In this document: positions 49,327-57,366 of the stretch, one piece after another
Layout: each line of letters opens with the position of its first letter
Numbering within the stretch: position 1 is the stretch's first letter
Source: Candidatus Omnitrophica bacterium UBA6215
Lineage (GTDB): Bacteria > Omnitrophota > Gorgyraeia > Pluralincolimonadales > Pluralincolimonadaceae
DNA: 64,000 bases
NCBI GenBank assembly: GCA_002421665.1
Contig: DISH01000007.1
Span: forward strand, 145,278-209,277
Direction of reading: 5' to 3'
Notes under the pieces: generated by a model
Databases searched by the model: none
The model's input: only the letters and a program-made list of their open reading frames with translations
Told to the model about the DNA's origin: nothing
Position numbers and translations under genes: made by a program

Positions 49327-49722
49327 TCAGGCGACCTTGATCTCTTTGCTGTTCTGCCAAAGGCCGTGGATATTGCAATAGCTCGAGGCGAAGATCGTCC
49401 CGGGCTTATCCGTCTTGAAGCTCAATACCGCTTCGGGATGAGTGTATACCGAGCTTGTGTCCGGGCCGTTTACCGAAGCTCCATGCGCAACGAACTCGGC
49501 TTTCGCTATCTGGTATGGGAACTTCTCCCCTTCCGGTTTGAAATAGACCGCTATCCAGTTTATGTGGTGTTCGGTCTTATTCGGATGCTGTATCTCTTTT
49601 CCTACGCTGACCGTTATCCTAAAGAACTCCCCCTTCTTGACGCTATCGGGCGCTTCTATAACAGGTACATGCTTCTCCGTCTTCCAATCGGCACTCTGGT
49701 ACAAGTCCTTTACATCGGGCAT
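49327..49722 (-). CDS. superoxide reductase (1Fe-SOR / neelaredoxin-type)
   Basis: 131 aa; EKHVPVIE, ...H..H..., CNIHGLW Fe-ligand pattern. Confidence 0.8.
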   Translation of the reverse strand: MPDVKDLYQSADWKTEKHVPVIEAPDSVKKGEFFRITVSVGKEIQHPNKTEHHINWIAVYFKPEGEKFPYQIAKAEFVAHGASVNGPDTSSVYTHPEAVLSFKTDKPGTIFASSYCNIHGLWQNSKEIKVA

Positions 49723-49748
49723 TTCGAACCCCCTTTCTTAAAATAGGA

Positions 49749-50654
49749 TTACTGGTGGTATTCCTCTGCCGGACGAAACACTCCCGCAGGAACTATCTGC
49801 GTAACTATCCTTCCTTTTAGCTTACCGGACTTCTCGAGCCGCTCCACCGATTCTTCAGCCAGTTTCTTCTGCTCCCTGTTGCGGTAAAATATGGCGGACC
49901 TGCAAGCCGCGGGATCGTGCATCTTCCAGAACGCATCCAAAAGCTGGCTGTATGTTATTACTTCGGGATCATAGAGGATCTGCACTGCCTCGACGCGCGC
50001 CATATGACCGGCCCTAGTCCATATTACTCCCTTAAGCGGTTTAAAAAATCCTTCCGCTTCCAAAGAGGGCCCTGCCGCGAATACCGCAAGTCTGACAGGT
50101 TTATAATTGCCCGGATCGAATTTCAAGGCCGCCGAATTTATGCAATAACGTTTTCCCGTGGGAAGGGGCCCGTCGTCGAAGACATGCCCGAGGTGCGCCC
50201 CGCAGCGCGCGCAGACAACCTCTACCCTCTCCATACCAAAATCAAGATCCTGTCTAAGCTCAATATTAATGGGCGCCACCGGCTGCCAAAAACTCGGCCA
50301 ACCCGTGCCCGATTCGAACTTCGCGGCTACGCCGAAAAGGTCCGTTCCGCAACATACGCACTTATAAAGACCCTTGTCCTTTGGGATATCGCAGGTGCCT
50401 GTAGAGGGCCTCTCCGTGCCTTTTTGGCGCGTAACTATATACTGTTCGGGCGTCAGTATCTTTTTCCATTCCTCCGGGGTCTTAACGATCTTGTCGACAT
50501 CCTCAACTTTCGTTGCTCTCGCATCGTAAATTGGTATCTTCCCTTTATCTTCGACAGGCCTCTTCATACATCCTCCCGCGGCAAGCAAAACCCCTCCCAA
50601 CACCAATACGAACGGTACTTTAATCATCCTTGCGCACTTGTTCGAGCCAGGCAT
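49749..50654 (-). CDS. msrB: lipoprotein: methionine-R-sulfoxide reductase MsrB fused to a degenerate MsrA-like domain
   Basis: Signal LAAGGC lipobox; MsrB CxxC...CxxC (CVCCG...CARCG) and RYCINS; C-terminal MsrA-like region [10 protein letters not shown] (GCFWG replaced) and internal deletions. Confidence 0.7.
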   Translation of the reverse strand: MPGSNKCARMIKVPFVLVLGGVLLAAGGCMKRPVEDKGKIPIYDARATKVEDVDKIVKTPEEWKKILTPEQYIVTRQKGTERPSTGTCDIPKDKGLYKCVCCGTDLFGVAAKFESGTGWPSFWQPVAPINIELRQDLDFGMERVEVVCARCGAHLGHVFDDGPLPTGKRYCINSAALKFDPGNYKPVRLAVFAAGPSLEAEGFFKPLKGVIWTRAGHMARVEAVQILYDPEVITYSQLLDAFWKMHDPAACRSAIFYRNREQKKLAEESVERLEKSGKLKGRIVTQIVPAGVFRPAEEYHQ

Positions 50655-51225
50655 TGAATTTCTCCATAAATTCAGAATAAGCCGCTTTCTGTTCTTCGGT
50701 GGCTTTGGCGCGGATAGCGGAATCGTATTTTACGCGCTCTTCGATGGTGTCATTCAGGACTTCACTGAGGAAAGTGACGGCATTTTTCGTGTCGCTCTCA
50801 CCGTCCCAGGTTTCTGTGACGGTAAAACCCGCTTTTCTAAGCGGGAGGTCATAAGTGGCGTCTACAAGGACCCATCGGCCGTCTATGAGGGCCTTTACGG
50901 CGAGGTGGTTACCTAAAGGTATCTTTTTGGCCAGCGCCCTGAGCTCGGGAGGATATTTCACGGACGGCTCGTCCCAGTTAAAGCGATAGTTGGCGTACTT
51001 TACATCCAGCCCGAGCCTGCTCAAATACGAACCGAGAAGGACATGCTTGGGGTTGCATGAGCCGCCGTTACCCTCAAGAAGCCCGGTAGGCCCGATCTTC
51101 GGGTCGCGAAGCGCGGCAATGAGTTTATACGGGATATCCCTTATATGCGTATAGACGGCTATCCGCGCTTCCTTCGGCCCGAGTCCCTTGGTCCACTCCG
51201 CAAATTTTTGCTCAACTATATCCAT
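50620..51225 (-). CDS. transglutaminase-like (Cys-His-Asp) superfamily protein
   Basis: 201 aa; [19 protein letters not shown] (Cys), GNHLAVKAL (His), VLVDATYD (Asp). Confidence 0.4.
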   Translation of the reverse strand: MDIVEQKFAEWTKGLGPKEARIAVYTHIRDIPYKLIAALRDPKIGPTGLLEGNGGSCNPKHVLLGSYLSRLGLDVKYANYRFNWDEPSVKYPPELRALAKKIPLGNHLAVKALIDGRWVLVDATYDLPLRKAGFTVTETWDGESDTKNAVTFLSEVLNDTIEERVKYDSAIRAKATEEQKAAYSEFMEKFNAWLEQVRKDD

Positions 51226-51283
51226 AGGACATAGTATAGCATAATTTCATTTTTAGGAATATGCCCCCTTGAAGGGGCTTTGG

Positions 51284-51928
51284 TCAATCCCTGCCGAGCC
51301 TGCGGCTAAGGTAACCTCCCGTCAGGCCGTCAATAGTCGCTGTCAGCTCTTCGATGCGGATCTCCCTTTCGGTAAAGGAAGGATTATCCCTATCCTGTAC
51401 CTTTTCGAGCTGCTTTAGAAGTTTTTTCCTCTCGAAATACGCGGTATTTAAGTCCGCGAGTATATCGTTACGCAGCTGAACCATTAATTTTGAGCGGGAG
51501 TCTATGGAAGTCTGGGCGGAATTATATACCAGGTCGCCTAAATCCCACGACGCGGAAAAATCCCAGCCGTTGCGAGAATCGTCGGGGCCTATGAAATAGT
51601 TGACCTTGCCGTCTTTGGTGGCGGTGGATATGGTATCGTAAATATCCGTGTCATAACCGACGGATATCTCGGGCATCAAGGCCTTCATCGCGGCCTGTTT
51701 GCGCCAATTCGTTATCTTTTCGGGGTTTACTTCTGCGTATTTTATTGCGGCTCTTTGGAGTTCCAATATGGTGGGTTCATCGACCATCTTATCTTTGGAA
51801 ATTTCGATGGTATTGCATGATATCGGTTTGCATACCTGCTTTGGGCCTGCCTGCACTTCGGCAGCCGACGTAACCGTTGGTAACAATAAAACGACACTTA
51901 TGACAACCGCTTGCGTTCTTACTTTCAT
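51284..51928 (-). CDS. secreted hypothetical protein with C-terminal coiled coil
   Basis: 214 aa; signal peptide. Confidence 0.5.
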   Translation of the reverse strand: MKVRTQAVVISVVLLLPTVTSAAEVQAGPKQVCKPISCNTIEISKDKMVDEPTILELQRAAIKYAEVNPEKITNWRKQAAMKALMPEISVGYDTDIYDTISTATKDGKVNYFIGPDDSRNGWDFSASWDLGDLVYNSAQTSIDSRSKLMVQLRNDILADLNTAYFERKKLLKQLEKVQDRDNPSFTEREIRIEELTATIDGLTGGYLSRRLGRD

Positions 51929-51990
51929 GCCTTTTTGTCTCCTTTCTATGGTAATAGACGTGAGATGAGTGGAAATTCTTTCAAATATTT

Positions 51991-52953
51991 CTAATATTCA
52001 TCGGGAGAATAGGCTTCATTGTCATCCGGCATATGCTTAACGTCAGGATTTAATGGAGGTCTATACAAAAATTTGTCTACCTCGAGATCCCTTGAGCCAT
52101 CGGGATTAATGTAGTAGTCAATATAACCTCTGAAAGCGATCTTGCCGTATTTGCCATCCGGGGTTTTGAAGTAATAATAAATATCTCCCTGTTCCTTATC
52201 CGCATTATCGGCAGGACAGATGGTCTGGACATAGCCGTCTTCAGGGGCCTCTGGCATCAAATTAAAATTATTATATAATTCATTTAGGGCGCTCTCGCGT
52301 TGAGGTAGACCGGGACAATATACAAAACCACCGGGTTCTTTCATGGTATAGATATGTTGATTATTTTCGTTTATATCAAGTACTATATCAACGGGAACAT
52401 CCTTGTCAACAGGATAATACCATCTTTTGGCAAATGACCAACCGCATTGTTTGCCGAAGGATTGTTTTTCATCTAAATCTGGAATATAGGCATTTTCAGT
52501 ATATTCAAGCTTGGAAGAAACACCCTTAGGTATTAGATACAAGATTGTATCTCTGCTGGTTATCTCCGTAGCAACCCTAACAGGAAAACCATCCTCTTCC
52601 TCGATAATCCTTTTACTCCTAGGGAGTTTGACAGATATCCTATGGTAACCTTCTTTTTCGGCCGTTACAGTTATATATGATGCTTTTCCACTCCAGCTAA
52701 AATGTCCATTTGAAACTTTAAATTCATAAGATTCTTCTCTAGATCCTACGCCATCAACGGAAGCAGCATCGGGAAAAGTAATCTCTGCGGTTATTTTTAT
52801 CAACACTTCTTCATTGAACAAATTTCCGTTTTTATCAAATACTTTGCCAGAAATATCAACCGGAAATAAATTTTCCTTGGTCACCTCTTCCGCCAAGGCC
52901 ACTGAACTAAAACATATTAAACTTAATATGATAGTAAATAATAGCCTTTTCAT
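51991..52953 (-). CDS. secreted hypothetical protein (candidate immunity/partner of upstream lipase-like protein)
   Basis: 320 aa; signal peptide; 4-bp overlap with upstream gene; AT-richer than genome. Confidence 0.5.
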   Translation of the reverse strand: MKRLLFTIILSLICFSSVALAEEVTKENLFPVDISGKVFDKNGNLFNEEVLIKITAEITFPDAASVDGVGSREESYEFKVSNGHFSWSGKASYITVTAEKEGYHRISVKLPRSKRIIEEEDGFPVRVATEITSRDTILYLIPKGVSSKLEYTENAYIPDLDEKQSFGKQCGWSFAKRWYYPVDKDVPVDIVLDINENNQHIYTMKEPGGFVYCPGLPQRESALNELYNNFNLMPEAPEDGYVQTICPADNADKEQGDIYYYFKTPDGKYGKIAFRGYIDYYINPDGSRDLEVDKFLYRPPLNPDVKHMPDDNEAYSPDEY

Positions 52954-55900
52954 TTTTTCTCCTTATAATAATACTTTTCCGGATCTTTAAGAAACATAAA
53001 ATATTCCTGCACATCATAATAATATTCATTCATCATACTGCTATGGCTTCTAATACCGTACGGTCGATAATCTTTATCTACGTTCATGATTTTACCGGGA
53101 GGATAAAAAGTATCGTTAAATAACTTTGTGTATTTAGACCTTGCGGCATTTGAACCCAAAGCTTGATATCCATATTCAAGCATACACTGTTTATAATCCC
53201 ATTCGCTCTTAACAAGCTTATAAACGAGGTCTAATGGGGTAGGAAATGAACGTACTACATCATTTGCTTCATAAGCATCTGTTAGAGCCCTATCAACTGT
53301 TGAAAAAGTATTATATATATTTTTCTTTACTACAGATATGCTTGGACCATACATATTGCCAAAAAACCCATAATATCTGTTGTTCCTTTGATTGAATCGT
53401 AAATTTTGCGGATTACCAGTAAATACTTCACCAGGTATTGCAGCTTCAGCTAAAATAACATTATCTATTATCTCTCCCTCGCTATTAGAAAGCAACCTTA
53501 AAGCATAACACATTATATTATTACCTAAAGAGTGTGCTCCAACATTAATTTTTGAATCCGGGAATTGTGCTATTGTATCTGTAATTATATCTGCAAAAAC
53601 TTGTCCGGTTTGATAAGATACCACCCAGTCTGCATTAAAATCAATGGTTGACATTAAATCATTCGGCCACTTATGAGCTTTCCAAACAACTCCAATAAAA
53701 CCTCCCCTGAATCCGCTCCTATAAAGCCTCTTATAAATAGTATTGAGTGACCGAACCGATACATCATATGTGTTATTATACCCATGGGTCCAAATCAGTA
53801 TGACATCAGGATTATCAGGATATATATTCCCATGACCAACTTCAATTTCTTTATTTCTAAAACGAGGGATGTCATCGAATTGAGTGGTAGTCGGTCCGGT
53901 CCTTACATTGTAAAGCCTATACATTTCACTAATATTTTTCAACGTAATAATAGCTTCGTCCAACACAATCTTTCTCGACGTGTTGCCGTTAATAAGCTCT
54001 ACCTCGAGGATAATCTTGAGATCGCCTTCTTCTACCCCTTCGAATGTGCCGTAGAATTTGCCGTCGGAGTCAAACCATGAGGAATCAAGAAGTTCACCTT
54101 TTTTCTTGGTGTCAGAGTCGGAAGGGAGGAGGAATTTCTCTTTTTCGATAAATTGTTTCTTTGAATAACGTAAATCTGTCAAAAAAGCATCGTTTACCCT
54201 CTTAAATACCCTAATCTTGCCTTTTCCCTCAGTCTTAAGATAGAACTTCACATTCTGGTTATTAGCCCATTCCTTTATGTTGGCAACGGTTATATTAATC
54301 GGCATGAAGTCTTCAAGATCGCGAATACCGTTGATTCTATCATCATAAGTATCGCACTCTCCGCTTGCTAGATTAGAATTATTGTCGTCAGGATGGACTT
54401 TTGACTCGTCATAATCGTCATCATCATTCACCCAGAATACGCAGCCGGGGGAAATCATCTCGCAGGCGTTATCATCACCGCCGAGGAAGCCGTCGTTGTT
54501 GGAGTCAATTAAAATATCGCCCGTAAGGCCTTCGTGAAATTCAGCCGCAAAATGCTTATCAATATACCCTCTATAGATCCTGAAACCCTCGGCATAATAA
54601 GGCGTATCAACACTGATGCCGAAATCGGTATCGGGTTTTACATTATCCAATACCACATAAGATGTCCTCGGCTCAGGCCCAAGCTGCGCCAGCTCCATTC
54701 CGTTGACCTTATACCCGCTTATCGATGATATCGTATATCGGGGAAAGAACGGGAGATCCTCTAAAAACGAGCAATTCTTAAGCACAACAACAAATGGTTT
54801 ATTGTCTACCGGAGGGGAATGCAGCGTAATAGATGTCTTTATAGAGCCATGCCCTCTATAAGTTTCTAAACCGCTGTAATAATACAACTCCGGATAATTC
54901 TCAGCGAAATAATACGGTATGCTATCATCGTTATAATAATACAGGCCCGGTTTATTAAGGGGGATATCATAACGATACCCCTTTTCCGGGTAAGGCCAAC
55001 TCCCAAACGGAGGTTCTCCGAACAGGTCTTTATTATATGACTGGATGGTCTGGTAAGGAGTGGACATCTGAAAACCGTCTTCAAGATCATATACATCGGT
55101 TCCAAAAATATGCGTCATCACGAACATCTGATAGTAATAATATTCCACCCTGTCCTCATACGCCTTGCCGTCTTCCGGTTTTATGACGACTTTAAGCTCG
55201 TTCTTGCCGGAGTGATTTTCGGGGTTGACTTTCATGATAATGTATTCGGCGGAATCGGAATTGATCTTTTTCCTGCGCGCCTCACCGGGAGATACGAGCG
55301 TCGGGCCCTCGAACGTACCGTCGGCCTTATCAAGGGTGCAAGACTGGCCGTTGACCGTGATAGAGGATATCCCGGCGTCCTTGTTGAACCTGCCGCCGAT
55401 TTTAAGCTTATTCTCGGTAATGACCTGATCGAAATACGGGGAAGTGAACACGACGTCTGCGGAACTCGCCGTGTACTGCGAAGCATTGCTCTGGTACTGC
55501 GGAGGGGTATAACTTGTTGTGACGGCGGTAAGCACCTTGCGCCTTGGCCCCGGTTCGGAATATCCCTCGGCGGTCAGGCCCGAATTAAAAGCAACGGTCT
55601 CGACTAAGCTGCCGCCGCCTAAATTGAGCTTCTTCTTCTCCGACCGGACGGTATACGATACCAGCCTTCTCTTTCCGTTTATATCGGTCATATCGATCAA
55701 GAAGGTATTGACCCCGTCCTTGAGCCGTATATCTTTTATCTCAAAACCGTTATCGACTATCTCGACCGGCTCGCCTTTGAACTTGACCAGCTTGGCCTGG
55801 AAGTTGTCTTTCAGCCGGCCCTTGAGATCGAAATGGTCGTCATAGATCACACTCGACTGGGACGGAGAAATAGACTCGAATCCCAATGGAAGGCTCAAGT

Positions 55901-55985
55901 CGATATCCGACCCTGAGGTCATTTCTATTGGGATCAAGCTGAACAGGATTATTGAGATTACAAGGAATGTAAGCTTTTTAGACAT
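52950..55985 (-). CDS. large Sec-secreted protein with C-terminal alpha/beta-hydrolase (lipase/esterase-like, GxSxG) domain
   Basis: 1011 aa; signal peptide; C-terminal ILIWTHGYNN ... VGAHSLGNN (GHSxG nucleophile elbow, DUF900/PGAP1-like pattern); Asp-rich linker; C-terminal coding part strongly AT-rich. Confidence 0.6.
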   Translation of the reverse strand: MSKKLTFLVISIILFSLIPIEMTSGSDIDLSLPLGFESISPSQSSVIYDDHFDLKGRLKDNFQAKLVKFKGEPVEIVDNGFEIKDIRLKDGVNTFLIDMTDINGKRRLVSYTVRSEKKKLNLGGGSLVETVAFNSGLTAEGYSEPGPRRKVLTAVTTSYTPPQYQSNASQYTASSADVVFTSPYFDQVITENKLKIGGRFNKDAGISSITVNGQSCTLDKADGTFEGPTLVSPGEARRKKINSDSAEYIIMKVNPENHSGKNELKVVIKPEDGKAYEDRVEYYYYQMFVMTHIFGTDVYDLEDGFQMSTPYQTIQSYNKDLFGEPPFGSWPYPEKGYRYDIPLNKPGLYYYNDDSIPYYFAENYPELYYYSGLETYRGHGSIKTSITLHSPPVDNKPFVVVLKNCSFLEDLPFFPRYTISSISGYKVNGMELAQLGPEPRTSYVVLDNVKPDTDFGISVDTPYYAEGFRIYRGYIDKHFAAEFHEGLTGDILIDSNNDGFLGGDDNACEMISPGCVFWVNDDDDYDESKVHPDDNNSNLASGECDTYDDRINGIRDLEDFMPINITVANIKEWANNQNVKFYLKTEGKGKIRVFKRVNDAFLTDLRYSKKQFIEKEKFLLPSDSDTKKKGELLDSSWFDSDGKFYGTFEGVEEGDLKIILEVELINGNTSRKIVLDEAIITLKNISEMYRLYNVRTGPTTTQFDDIPRFRNKEIEVGHGNIYPDNPDVILIWTHGYNNTYDVSVRSLNTIYKRLYRSGFRGGFIGVVWKAHKWPNDLMSTIDFNADWVVSYQTGQVFADIITDTIAQFPDSKINVGAHSLGNNIMCYALRLLSNSEGEIIDNVILAEAAIPGEVFTGNPQNLRFNQRNNRYYGFFGNMYGPSISVVKKNIYNTFSTVDRALTDAYEANDVVRSFPTPLDLVYKLVKSEWDYKQCMLEYGYQALGSNAARSKYTKLFNDTFYPPGKIMNVDKDYRPYGIRSHSSMMNEYYYDVQEYFMFLKDPEKYYYKEKK

Positions 55986-56041
55986 AATGACATAACTTTA
56001 TAAAGTGTCATTAGTCTACCTTTTATCCCCCGGATTGTCAA
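55986..56041 (-). promoter_or_regulatory. promoter TTGACA-N17-TAGACT plus inverted repeat AATGACA-N13-TGTCATT overlapping start codon of lipase-like gene
   Basis: Minus-sense TTGACA 56041..56036, TAGACT 56018..56013; IR 55986..55992/56006..56012. Confidence 0.35.
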
Positions 56042-56066
56042 CACAAATCTCGATACGTGTTTACAT

Positions 56067-56813
56067 TCACTCCGTTATCGCGAAATCCGCGTGGACCACG
56101 GCAAAGACCTTCTTCTCAAGCGAGGTTGTGTCGTTCTCGCCCCAGGCGGAGACCTCTGTGGAGTTTACCGGAGTTATCTGAAAAACACCCATATCGGCGG
56201 AGCGTATCCTGCCTATCTTGTTACCGGAAGCCGCGGCTATCTTCCCGGCGCGTTTCTTGGCATCCGCAGAGGCCGCCGCGAGCATCTCGAGTTTGAGCTC
56301 GCCCAGTTTTGTGTAGAAATACTGCGGCGCGTCCGAGACAAAGCGTATATCCTGCTCGATGAGCTCGGTCGATTCGCGCGAAACAACCGTTATCTTGGCG
56401 ACATCGGCGGAACGCACTTCCACCCGCTGGTTGAGGACGTATGCCTCGATGTCGTTGGTAAAGTTGCCCTTCTCGTTCCTCTTGTAGATGGGGGTGGTCT
56501 CGACCTGCGGGATTATCATCTCGTCGTCCGAGATGCCCTTTAACGCGAGGTAGGCCTTAACTTTTGCGGTATCACCTTTGAGTTTCGCGAACGCTTCTTT
56601 AAGCTGCGCGTCGCGGACTGAAAATCCCGATGTCCACACCGAATAATCCGAGACTATCTTCTTCTCGGCGGAACCCGTTACGTTGATGACCTCGGCCGAG
56701 GCCTTCTTGAATCTTATCAGGCCGTCCGAGAGTATCATCGTCGATATTATCGTGCCCAGCGCGATGCAAATTCCCAGTACCACAACCTGCACATTCTTCA
56801 AAGAACCGAACAT
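56067..56813 (-). CDS. SIMPL domain (DUF541, BP26/OMP28-like) protein
   Basis: 248 aa; N-terminal TM/signal; two-lobed SIMPL pattern. Confidence 0.55.
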   Translation of the reverse strand: MFGSLKNVQVVVLGICIALGTIISTMILSDGLIRFKKASAEVINVTGSAEKKIVSDYSVWTSGFSVRDAQLKEAFAKLKGDTAKVKAYLALKGISDDEMIIPQVETTPIYKRNEKGNFTNDIEAYVLNQRVEVRSADVAKITVVSRESTELIEQDIRFVSDAPQYFYTKLGELKLEMLAAASADAKKRAGKIAAASGNKIGRIRSADMGVFQITPVNSTEVSAWGENDTTSLEKKVFAVVHADFAITE

Positions 56814-56831
56814 CTCTCTCCCCTTTACTTT

Positions 56832-57335
56832 TTAGATCTTGCGCGCGTCATAAGCCCAATGCAGCAGGGCCTGGCGCTGTTTCCTCCTGCAATCCAAATC
56901 CTTCGGGCGGCAATTCTTCTTTACCGCCATAACATGGCGCTTAATGGCCTTCCACCTCCTTATCTGCCGGTCGTCCTCGGCGGGTATGCGGCGGCCCATG
57001 TAATAACGGCAATACCATTGGAACCAGCCGCGTGGGTCATCGGGGTATATCCATCCTTTATCCTGCCACGCCCTGAGCGGCAGGGAAGCGTCTACCTTGA
57101 AATAATTGAGCAGCGGGTTTTTCTTCTTTGGCGAGAGTTTTGCTTTCGTGAACCAGCCGCGGGGGAATTCCCTGCGGCAATCGGTCATGTATTTGCCGCC
57201 GAAGACCCCGAGACGCAGCATCTCCTTCGGGGTAAGCTCGGGCTTGAATTCGGGGCCGAATTTCTTGCCCATAGGGGCCGTCAGGTAATAAGCGTAGCCC
57301 TGTTGCATCTTATCATTGACGATGACTCTTTTCAC
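56832..57335 (-). CDS. conserved hypothetical Trp/Arg-rich protein
   Basis: 167 aa; GVFGGKYMTDCRREFPRGWF...GWFQWYCRYYMGRR; native GC. Confidence 0.5.
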   Translation of the reverse strand: MKRVIVNDKMQQGYAYYLTAPMGKKFGPEFKPELTPKEMLRLGVFGGKYMTDCRREFPRGWFTKAKLSPKKKNPLLNYFKVDASLPLRAWQDKGWIYPDDPRGWFQWYCRYYMGRRIPAEDDRQIRRWKAIKRHVMAVKKNCRPKDLDCRRKQRQALLHWAYDARKI

Positions 57336-57366
57336 TTTACAACCTGTCCCTAACTGACACGTCCCA

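Noticed and set aside
51262-51276. Hairpin GCCCCTT-G-AAGGGGC downstream of 51284..51928 gene
   Set aside because: Stem is present but there is no U-tract on the minus-strand transcript side (the T-run is on the wrong side), so not called as a terminator.
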